Shown here: in pieces, positions 36,961-45,200 of the stretch
Position numbering within the stretch: position 1 is the first letter of the stretch
How the letters are laid out: the number at the start of each line of letters is the position of its first letter
Origin: Acidimicrobiia bacterium
GTDB lineage: Bacteria; Actinomycetota; Acidimicrobiia; Spongiisociales; UBA11373
Assembly (NCBI GenBank): GCA_040882645.1
Contig: JBBEAX010000085.1
Span: 55,933 to 119,932, forward strand
DNA length: 64,000 nt
Direction of reading: 5' to 3'
The notes under the pieces: model-generated
Told to the model about the DNA's origin: nothing
Database searches by the model: none
Seen by the model: only the letters and a program-made list of their open reading frames with translations
Translations under genes and position numbers: made by a program

Positions 36961-37307
36961 TAGGCGCGCGGCCTAGCGGGATCGGATGCGACGACCGCGT
37001 CACGACGCCGTCCGGACCCATACCGACGACCTCCAGGTGCCACCCAGGTGCCGAAAGGAGTGCGTTCCCGGCGTAGCCCCGACCAGTCAGGTGGGTCCCC
37101 GGTGGCCGGGCTTTCGCTTGGAGGCCCCTCCCTTGGCTTCCCGTGAATTCGAGAGCTTGGTGGGCCTCCCGATACCCGACGATGATCGGAAGGGCTTCGG
37201 AAGTACCGGAGGGAGGCTCGGGTGACCTCGGAGTGACCCAACGGATCCGGTCACGTGAGGAGTGCGGGACACGTGCCCCTCGTGCGCGTCTTCTTGGGGA
37301 TGTCCTG
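36958..37307 (+). repeat. copy A of a ~350-bp non-coding direct repeat (possible structured RNA or recombination scar)
   Basis: Collinear with 47632-47987. In a 243-nt gap-free stretch I aligned by hand, 19 positions differ. Coordinates are +/-1 (see rejected notes). Confidence 0.8.
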
Positions 37308-37466
37308 TGACAAGCCTTGCATTCTCGCCATGATCTGTTGACACGGAGCGCCGCGGTATTGCCGAGTACCTTTTGTGTCGTGAAAGGGCCACGCACAGAT
37401 CGACCGCAGACCAATCGTGATACCGCTGAACTTGAACGGAAGCGAAGTCTGAGATCGGCGCCACAC

Positions 37467-38012
37467 ATGGCTCCCCTGACGGCTCACGTCGCTCGGATAC
37501 GAGCCGACCGGGGAGTGGACCGAGTTCCAGACTTCGACCCAACCGAAGCTGGTGTAGCCGCTCGGATCTTGCTTCTCTTCGAGGCACCGGGAGGCAAGGC
37601 GACAGTTGAGCGTGGGGGGTCCGGCTTCGTCTCACCCGACAACAACGACGCAACGGCGCAGAACATGTGGTACCTGCTCCGTGATGCCGGTGTCGACCGC
37701 CGAGTCGAAGTAGTGACCTGGAACGTGGTTCCCTGGTATGTAGGTGACGACCACAAAATAAGAAGGGTGGCGGCCGCGGATCTAAGAGAGGCGAGGCCCC
37801 ATGTCGAAGAGCTGCTCGGGCTGCTTCCCAACCTCGGTGTCGTCGTGCTCCTCGGAAAGAGAGCTCAGAAGGGCTGGTCCGGCATAGGAATGGAAGTTGC
37901 GTCGATCGGAGCGCCCCACCCCTCTCCGCAGAACCTGAACCCACGACCGCATCTCCGCGACGAGATCCTTCGGGCCCTAGAAAGTGCGCGGCGCCTCAGT
38001 AGGTTCGCGTAG
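37467..38012 (+). CDS. uracil-DNA glycosylase superfamily protein
   Basis: 181 aa from ATG 37467 (MAPLTAHVARIR...). LLLFEAPGGKA (GE(A/G)PG-like motif A). C-terminal GAPHPSPQNLN (HPSP motif B). Confidence 0.6.
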   Translation: MAPLTAHVARIRADRGVDRVPDFDPTEAGVAARILLLFEAPGGKATVERGGSGFVSPDNNDATAQNMWYLLRDAGVDRRVEVVTWNVVPWYVGDDHKIRRVAAADLREARPHVEELLGLLPNLGVVVLLGKRAQKGWSGIGMEVASIGAPHPSPQNLNPRPHLRDEILRALESARRLSRFA

Positions 38013-38055
38013 ACACCAAATGCAGTCCGCCAGGGTGTCACAAGGGTCTGTGCAG

Positions 38056-38316
38056 CTATCCCTCCAGCAGGCTGTAGGTGCCGTCGCGGTGTCGCTCAAA
38101 GTACGCGGTGTATCCGCCTGGATTGCCAAGGCGGTGCTTTGGAAGGAAGTTTGTGTAGGTGTGGTCTGACCAGCCGGGGCAACACTGTCGGAGGTCGCCC
38201 CCGCGGAAGCGTTTCGGAAGCAACCCCTTGCGCCTTGCTCTTCGAATGTCGGCGACAAACCGACTCGCTCTGACCTCGAGGTGCTCAGAAGCTGGTACGA
38301 AGTTGCCCTGTCGCAT
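38056..38316 (-). CDS. 86-aa hypothetical protein
   Basis: ORF downstream of the cyclase gene on the same strand (87-nt gap). CPGWSDHTYTNFLPKHRLGNPGGYTAYFERHRDGTYSL looks like a conserved small domain, but I cannot name it. Confidence 0.45.
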   Translation of the reverse strand: MRQGNFVPASEHLEVRASRFVADIRRARRKGLLPKRFRGGDLRQCCPGWSDHTYTNFLPKHRLGNPGGYTAYFERHRDGTYSLLEG

Positions 38317-38403
38317 TACAACTCCGCAACAATGGCCACTCGTTCGGACACGTGGCGATGGTGCGCCACGCAGGAGCCAGGCCCACCATGTCCCGCCACG
38401 CCT

Positions 38404-39993
38404 TCAGCGGGGTTTCAGCTGGGGTGAGGGGGGCCGACCTGAGGTACTGCGAACAGCGAAAAGGGGCCTAGGGCCCTCCACGCCTTTGAGTTTGTGCTCT
38501 CCAAGGGCGTCGAACTCGACGAGGTTGACCCCCTCAAGAAGGTCACGGGCCGTGCCAGTCACCACGATCTGATCGGGTTCTGCCGCACTCATCACTCGGT
38601 TTGCGATGTGCACTGCGAGGCCCGAGAGTTCTCCCTGATCCGTCCGATAGCTCCCCGCATGTATTCCGATCCGCAGATGAACGCCGAGCCGATCCGTCAC
38701 GTTGTCCCTTATCGCCCTGGCGCAAGAAATCGCGCTACCCGGTTCAGGAAACGTAGCCAAGAACCCGTCACCGGTCGGCCTTGCGTGTCTCCCGTGGAAA
38801 GACTGGATCTCGCTTGTCACCAGAGCTTGGAATTCCGACAGCACGCCGCTCCACGCGGCGTTGCCAAGACCCGAAACCGCGGGGGTCGAGTCGACTATGT
38901 CGGCGAACATGACAGTCCCCACTTGGTGGCTATCAACCATCGGTGCTGTTCGCATCGGATCGCCGTACATGAGGGATCGCTCCGCCTGCTTCAGGGCGAA
39001 GGACAGGCGCATGGCCGCTTCGGTCTCCATTCCCCGGTCGGGCCGCGTCACGTACTCGATGGGGTCTCGGAGAATCGGCCGAAGACCGCCCTCGGCAAAC
39101 TCGATGCCACCAGCCAGGTGAGGATTCTCAGCCGCTACGCCGCGGAGAAATGACGCAGCCGAGTAAACGCAGGTAGGCAAGTCGATGTTGTAAGCGCCCT
39201 TCGCGGTCTCTTCGCGGCTATCCCTCAGCACCACCTTGTCGTATCGGAGTTGCACGTTGACGTTGCCCTCTAGGTGACTCCCCGTACTTGCGACTCGCTC
39301 AAGGAACTGGCTGGCGAGCCCGTCGAACCCTGGCGGGCTGTACCTCAACATCGACAGGGCTGTCAGACCAAACGCAAGTTCGGCGAGCCCTAGGTTGCGT
39401 TTCGTCTCGAGATATCCAACAAGCCAGGAGGCGGCTCCCTGAATACGTCTTTCGAGATAGAGATTTGGGTCCTTCCGGAAGACGATCAGAGCGGACGCGG
39501 TAGCCAAGAAGGTCGGGTTGTTCTTCAAAGCGTGGTACCGAGAGTCGGGCCAACCCTCAAACCGGCCTGCGGCACCGACTTGGGATGCCTTAAGGTCCTC
39601 GATCCGCTGACGAATCGGCTGACCGCCAAGTGTGACTGTGGATGCCGCCTCCAGCGAGGCGCAGATGCGCGGAATGTCGTCGAGATGCCGTTCCATCGTG
39701 GCCCGTCGATCCGGCGCCCCGGACAACTCGCCGGCGAGATACCTGCGAGCGCCGACCATTTTTCGGCATGCCTCGTCGCTAGCGAGAAGTTCAGCCCCAG
39801 CGAGGTTCTTGAGCGCTATTAGCGCATAGGACGTGCCCCAAAGCCCTGGACCGTCCCCCTGGGATCCTTCCAGAGCCGTCCCCCACGCGTACTCTGTCTC
39901 ATTATCGTCCATCCACTCCCCGCCGTCGATCAGCTTCTCGGTCAACTCCTTCCTGACACCATGGATCACTTCCCAGTCCGCGCGCACGCTCAC
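38404..39993 (-). CDS. two-domain protein: N-terminal helical-repeat (alpha/alpha-toroid-like) domain plus C-terminal class III nucleotidyl cyclase domain
   Basis: 529 aa. The C-terminal ~180 aa has TVMFADIVDST, PTGDGFLATF, LRIGIHAGSY, GLAVHIANRV and KLKGVEGP. The N-terminus has repeated GLWGTSYALIALK / FLATASALIVF / LAFGLTALSML-type helices. Its GTG start overlaps the upstream TGA. Confidence 0.7.
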   Translation of the reverse strand: MSVRADWEVIHGVRKELTEKLIDGGEWMDDNETEYAWGTALEGSQGDGPGLWGTSYALIALKNLAGAELLASDEACRKMVGARRYLAGELSGAPDRRATMERHLDDIPRICASLEAASTVTLGGQPIRQRIEDLKASQVGAAGRFEGWPDSRYHALKNNPTFLATASALIVFRKDPNLYLERRIQGAASWLVGYLETKRNLGLAELAFGLTALSMLRYSPPGFDGLASQFLERVASTGSHLEGNVNVQLRYDKVVLRDSREETAKGAYNIDLPTCVYSAASFLRGVAAENPHLAGGIEFAEGGLRPILRDPIEYVTRPDRGMETEAAMRLSFALKQAERSLMYGDPMRTAPMVDSHQVGTVMFADIVDSTPAVSGLGNAAWSGVLSEFQALVTSEIQSFHGRHARPTGDGFLATFPEPGSAISCARAIRDNVTDRLGVHLRIGIHAGSYRTDQGELSGLAVHIANRVMSAAEPDQIVVTGTARDLLEGVNLVEFDALGEHKLKGVEGPRPLFAVRSTSGRPPSPQLKPR

Positions 39994-40721
39994 GCTGTCG
40001 ATCCTTGAATTTGGAAGCGGGCTACTAGGGCTGAGCGAAGCCGATCAAGCTCCTGTAGCTCGATGGTGTCGAAGATCCGAGATACGTCGCTCCTCGTCCG
40101 CCGCCAACAGAACTCAACCTCGCCGCCAGCTCGAGCCAGGAGACGTCTGAAGTATTGAGGTGTCACATCGCGAGCGGGGGGTTCGGCGAATAGGTACGAC
40201 GACCGATTCCGCCCTAGGTCGCCGAGCAATAGGTAACCGGAGCCCCGGTGCCGGTGCAGAACACTCTTCAGGTCGGGCAATCGCGCAACCTCATAATGGC
40301 TGCTGAAGGCTCGCACTAGGCTCGCTTCACGAGGAATGAGGTGGAGGTGCGCGTGGTCGATGCATGAGGACCTCGCAGCTCCGGACCCACAGTCTCCGTG
40401 CTCGAACACCATGAGCGAAAGCCCGGCCGCCTCATAGAGGTCCCTAGCCCGGTCGACAGCTTCCGCCAGAACCTCGACCTCCATTCCCCCGAGCATCGAA
40501 TCCGCATGCGCCCGGGGTATGAGGAGACAGTGCATCGAGCTAAGTGGGGCGATGTCCGGCAGCAACCGGAACCCGCCCCACTCCGCGAGGACCCGTGACT
40601 TCAATGGCCAGCTGGGGAAACGACGCGCGAAAGCCGATGTCGAATAGTCATTAAACTCGCTGCAGAAATGACACACCCGAGCCTGGCGCTCGGGAGCCGT
40701 TGAGGCACCGATCAGACGCAC
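39990..40721 (-). CDS. HIT (histidine triad) family nucleotide hydrolase/transferase
   Basis: 243 aa from GTG 40721 (GGGAGAGG upstream), one base after the upstream TGA. Histidine triad IDHAHLHLIP. N-terminal CHFC. Confidence 0.7.
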   Translation of the reverse strand: MRLIGASTAPERQARVCHFCSEFNDYSTSAFARRFPSWPLKSRVLAEWGGFRLLPDIAPLSSMHCLLIPRAHADSMLGGMEVEVLAEAVDRARDLYEAAGLSLMVFEHGDCGSGAARSSCIDHAHLHLIPREASLVRAFSSHYEVARLPDLKSVLHRHRGSGYLLLGDLGRNRSSYLFAEPPARDVTPQYFRRLLARAGGEVEFCWRRTRSDVSRIFDTIELQELDRLRSALVARFQIQGSTA

Positions 40722-40722
40722 G

Positions 40723-41784
40723 TCATGTGCCTCTCCCGAGTTGGAGTTCCTCGTCGATTGGCTTCGTCTGGTGATCCCAAACAACGCCCGGAAGTCGAGC
40801 CTCCATAACACCGGCAGCAGACCGGAACCGAACCCCGTCCTCTTGCGGGTGGATCGAACCAAGGCGTTGCACGTTTTCCGCGTCCGGCAGCAGCTCGGAC
40901 ACACTGGCATCCGGCGGCAACGTAAACACCAAACCGAAGTCAGCCGATCCACTGAGGGCAAGCGCGTACGGCGGGATTCCGGCGAGGTCAGCGACGCGCG
41001 CCACGACTGGGTGTGGCTCGAAGAGGGATGCGTCGACAACGGCTCCAACGCCGCTCATCGCGCAGATTTGAGAGACGGTCGCCTTAATGCCGTCAGAATT
41101 GTCCTGCGCTGCGATCCTCCAACCGGACGCCGCGAGCCCTTTCCCCACTTCAAGCTGCGGTCGCGGACGCCGCCAAGACTCCGCTAAAGCCATCTCCATG
41201 GAGCTTGGGAGGGAACCGAGTCGATCCTTGTTCCTAAAGTAGAGCACTGCCGCTCCAGCGAGTCCTGCGTCCCCCACGTAGAAGAGTTGGTCGCCCGGGA
41301 GACCATTTCGGCGCAGCAATGGTTGCGACGCAGTGAATCCGACGGCAGTCCCTGAGAGGACAAGCCGAGAGAATCCTCCGATGTCGCCGCCAACCACGGA
41401 TCCGGAGAACTCGTCGGCAGCTTCACGAATACCCAGGCATATCTCGACGAAGTCGGCGTCCGACAAATCGTCTGGGAAGCGGATATTCGTTGTCACGAAG
41501 CGCAGTTCGGCTCCCATCGCAGCCACATCGCTGGCGTTCGCGGCTACCAGGAAGTACCCCAGGTCGCGATACGACAGAATGCGGAGCTGGAACAGGTAGA
41601 ACTCCGCACCGCGGATGAAGTCGCTGCCCACCACTAAGTGTCCGCCTGGAATGGCGATAACCGCGCAGTCGTCTAGGGCGGTAACCCCTTCCACGAGCCG
41701 CAACGGCCCCTTGATGTCACGGCCGCGAGAGTCGTCGCCGAAAATGTCGGCGACGATCTTGAGAAACCCTGCCTCAGAACTCAT
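40723..41784 (-). CDS. PurM/ThiL-superfamily ATP-dependent enzyme (AIR-synthase-related, ThiL-like)
   Basis: 353 aa. Has the blocks ALDDCAVIAIPGGHLVVGSDF, AANASDVAAMGA and AAQDNSDGIKATV. These correspond to ThiL/PurM N- and C-domain signatures (DDAAV, TTD, DxSDGL). Confidence 0.65.
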   Translation of the reverse strand: MSSEAGFLKIVADIFGDDSRGRDIKGPLRLVEGVTALDDCAVIAIPGGHLVVGSDFIRGAEFYLFQLRILSYRDLGYFLVAANASDVAAMGAELRFVTTNIRFPDDLSDADFVEICLGIREAADEFSGSVVGGDIGGFSRLVLSGTAVGFTASQPLLRRNGLPGDQLFYVGDAGLAGAAVLYFRNKDRLGSLPSSMEMALAESWRRPRPQLEVGKGLAASGWRIAAQDNSDGIKATVSQICAMSGVGAVVDASLFEPHPVVARVADLAGIPPYALALSGSADFGLVFTLPPDASVSELLPDAENVQRLGSIHPQEDGVRFRSAAGVMEARLPGVVWDHQTKPIDEELQLGRGT

Positions 41785-41890
41785 CGGTGGCCTCGCTGCG
41801 GGCGGCGCGCGTCGACTAGCGAATACCTCTTATCGCCAAGGAGGTGAGTTCGCCTTGAGGAGGCGTCGTGGAGGTCGCTGTTGTTCCGAC

Positions 41891-41918
41891 TAGTGAATGA
41901 CATTATTGTAATCATAGG
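41891..41918. promoter_or_regulatory. AT-rich patch in the divergent control region; candidate -10 elements on both strands
   Basis: tagtgaatgacattattgtaatcatagg. The minus strand reads ...TACAAT..., about 110 nt upstream of the ThiL-like start. The plus strand has TGTAAT/CATTAT. It is the only strongly AT-rich stretch in the 450-bp spacer. Confidence 0.3.
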
Positions 41919-42234
41919 CTTGGGCTGCCCCGGGAGCGTACACGCCACTCGCAATTGCCGTGGCGCTCAAGCCCCACTAGGTCTCGCACCCACTGCACCG
42001 TGCTGTCCGATGCTCGGCGATCCCGTGTTCCCTCAACAGCGAGTCTGACCGCACCCGAGTCTTCACGCGGCGCATCGCGGTGCCGCTCTGTGCGTCAGGC
42101 TGCCGCTTCGTGCGCGGGACGTCTGCTGCTCTCGCGTGCTCGAGGTGCTTGCGGGGTGCCACGGAAACGCCGTTGGGTTTCGGCCTGATCCTTGCGGGTG
42201 CGACGGGTACTGTCGCGCCACTCAACCGATCCCC

Positions 42235-45200
42235 ATGACCCGACAGTCACAACCCAGGACCATGAAGCATCTCGCAAGCACAATGACTGGCTTGCGCGAC
42301 CACCTAATCGTGGCTTCGGCAAGCCTGCAGTTGATCCCCAAGAACGCCACGAAGTGGGCGAGGTTCGAGAGACTCCTTGAACTCGCCTCATCGCTGCGAC
42401 CCGAAGATGTCCCCAAGCGAATGCCCAAGAACCTGCTGCGGAAACTCCTCACGTCGTCCCCCATAGCGACGCCCCAGATCATCTCTGGTGAAGTCCCCTT
42501 TGAGGAGCCCTTCGTGACGGTGATCACTTTCTTCGGGGGCAGCTACCGGGTCGTCTCAGGAGGGGCTTCAGCAGCAAGCGTTGGCTGCCAGCTGCTACTC
42601 GACGCAAGCCGCCTTCTTCCGGACGACGACGAGTCCACTGAGTTCAGGGAGCGGTTGTTCCTGGATGCCGAGATCGCTCTGAAGCTCTCTGATGCAGTGT
42701 GCGAGAGGGCTGGCCTCGGACGGTGGATGTCGCCGTCTCTCTCGCCCAAGTCCGAGGTGGTTATCCCGGCCAGTTCTGAGTTCGACCGCCTCGGCAAGGC
42801 CGTGACGTTCTCGCCGGACGACCTGGGTCGAGTGCTCGGAACTGCAGCAGAGTTCGTCGATGTGCTCATGGCCTCGGGACGGTTGGACTTGGTCGATCAT
42901 GACCAAAAGGGGCCGACCGATGATCGGATCTACCTATATCCGTTGGTTCGGACCTCGAGCGGCGATGTGATTGTGGCTCTCCCGAGCGGGCTCGCCGGAT
43001 CAATCATGCACCGAGGGTTGGCGCGAGCGGTTGAGCTGGGAATCGAGGAGAGGGTGGTCAATTCGCTCCACCGCGCGACGCAGATGTCACTTCGCCGCGC
43101 CTTCGCGCGAGTTCGTTGGTCGCGGGTTCAGGGTCCCAAGACGCTAGACAAGCCGGCCAACTTCCAGGAGACGTTCTATCGCTTCGATCTCGACAAGGTG
43201 GCGCATGTCGTTACAGTCATAGATCGTCTCGACGACTACGTCCCAGGTGAACCATTTGGCCATGCGGACTTCTCGTCGGTGCAAACCGAACTGCATCAGA
43301 GGTTTCCCGAGATCCGTTCGGCCGTCCGCTCACAGTCACCTGAGGTGTCGGTTCTTCATGTGGTGTGCAGTGCGCCCCTCGGCCGATCCCACTTCATGGG
43401 GTTCGAAGACACCTCTAGCGATGACACATCGGCCCTCCTCGCTGCGAGCTTGGACGACATCGATCTCATCGCCCGACTCGAGAAGTCCGATCGCCTGGCA
43501 CTGTGGAAGTTCGCTCTCGCTTCTAAGGAGCTCCACCGGCGGTCGCGCGTCTTGTCCTTCTCCACGTTCGACGAGTACGCCATCTACCGAGATCACGGTC
43601 ACAGCTACTACACGAGTGACGATCGTCACCCAACCTTCGTGTCAGTCCAACCCGGTTCCGGGGGCGACTTGAGAGTGAACGAACGCCAACGCATAGACCT
43701 TCACGCAGTTCCCCTGCCAGAGGGTGGGAACGTTGTTGAGGTGACTCGGTGGGCCGCCGACGATGCCACGCCCGTGTACCAACCCGACATGCCGGAGTTC
43801 CACCCGTATCACCGGGTCGAACTGCAGGTGCCTTGCTGGGTGATCCCCTCCCCAGAGGTGGCAGAGGAGGAGAGGCTGAGTGAGAAGTTCGCTGAGGCGA
43901 TCGCGTTCTGGCTCTGGCGCTGCGAGTCGCTTGTTGGATCCGCACTGGATCGGCTGTCCGGACGGTGGGAGAAGCTGATCGCAACAGTACGGGTTACCGA
44001 GCAGCGCCACGACCCGAGCGGGGATTCGGAACTGCACCCGGTGGCCGAATGGCTGCAGGTCGAACTTCGACCCTCGGAAGGTCGAGTGGACTTCCTGATC
44101 GCGGAGACCGCCAGGTACCGGTTGGCGCGCCCGGACAACGAAGCCGAGAGGGAGATCGCCATAGCGCTAGTCGAGGCAATCCATGACTTAGCAGGCGAGC
44201 GGCCAACGGGCCTGCGAGCACAGGTGAAACAGGCGATCCCAATCGGCGAGATGAGAATGATCCAGGTCCTGGACGAACGTGACGACGCTCTTCTGACGCT
44301 AGGTGAGATAGCTGAGCCACGACTCCTCCCGGACGCTGACGTGGAACTGCTGCTTGACTCACTCGGCGAATTCGCGTCGAGCGATCTGGGCCTTGCACAG
44401 GGCCCCATTCCATCAACTGGCCGGACTCAGGTACTGAATTCGATCGTGGAAGAGTTGTCCGATCAGCTCATGTCGGAGCTATCGGGGATAGAGCCGGACG
44501 GTCTCCTCGAGTACCTCACAGGAGAGAGAGAAGCTCTCCTCTTCTTGGAGGCGAGGGGTCGACTCACGCTCCCATCACTGGTTGCTTGCTTCGGTGAGCA
44601 ATCGTCCGGGGCACGAGAAGCGGTGGAGTCAGCGCAAGCGCTCGTTTCCACATCGGTGGCAAACCGCTATCTGCTGGAGGCCGCCACTGCGCGTCCCCCC
44701 GCAGGCGAGCGGCAGATGACGCTGAGCGTCTATGACCACCTGCTAGCCCTTGCCAACCAGATCATCCAATACGGGTTCATGAGCGACGCCATCCGGCACG
44801 AGCTGTCCTCCGTGGAGTTGTCAATCCTGCCTTCGGGGAGACTTGGGTCTAGCCGTGAAGAGCCGTACCTGGAAGCACTAGCGGCGTTTCGCGATATGAC
44901 CAAGAGCCGAGCCGTTAGTCATGCGCGTGAACGGTACGCAGCGCATTGGGGAGAACGAGATGAAGAGCCGATCGATTTCGACCCGACCGAAGTCGACGAG
45001 GCGTACCACCAGGAATTCGGTATCAGTGCAACTGATCTTGCCCACCTCACTGGCGATCTTGTCGAGCTAGCGCGGTCTGAGCGGTACCAAGTCGCGACTC
45101 GGGCGCTCGATGACCTCGGAAGTGAGCTGTGCAAGTCCCTGGGGTGGTCACGGGATCGTGTTCGCAGCGGGCTTCAACTGCTCTCATTGGATGAAGTCGC

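Noticed and set aside
36986-37225. 79-aa ORF present with identical length in both 350-bp repeat copies (also 47661..47900)
   Set aside because: 19 nucleotide differences cause 14 amino-acid changes, so there is no purifying selection on this frame. The sequence is Arg/Pro-rich. Conservation is better explained at the nucleotide level.
36958-37307. Idea that the 350-bp repeat is a known integration-target RNA (tmRNA, RNase P RNA, SRP RNA, tRNA) or a group II intron end
   Set aside because: I could not find the expected signatures. These were a tRNA-like T-loop GGTTCGA(A/T)TCC plus CCA end (tmRNA), GAGGAAAGTCCGGGCTCC-type P4 sequences (RNase P), or GTGCG...domain V patterns. The element is left as unclassified rather than given a name.
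36835-37830. Apparent 1-nt disagreement between my hand indexing of the printed sequence and the ORF-track coordinates (about +1 from ~36900, back in register by ~37830)
   Set aside because: Several track ORFs are internally consistent across this stretch. So I treat the disagreement as my own reading or counting error, not a frameshift or pseudogene signal. My hand-derived coordinates for the repeat and hairpin in this interval are +/-1.
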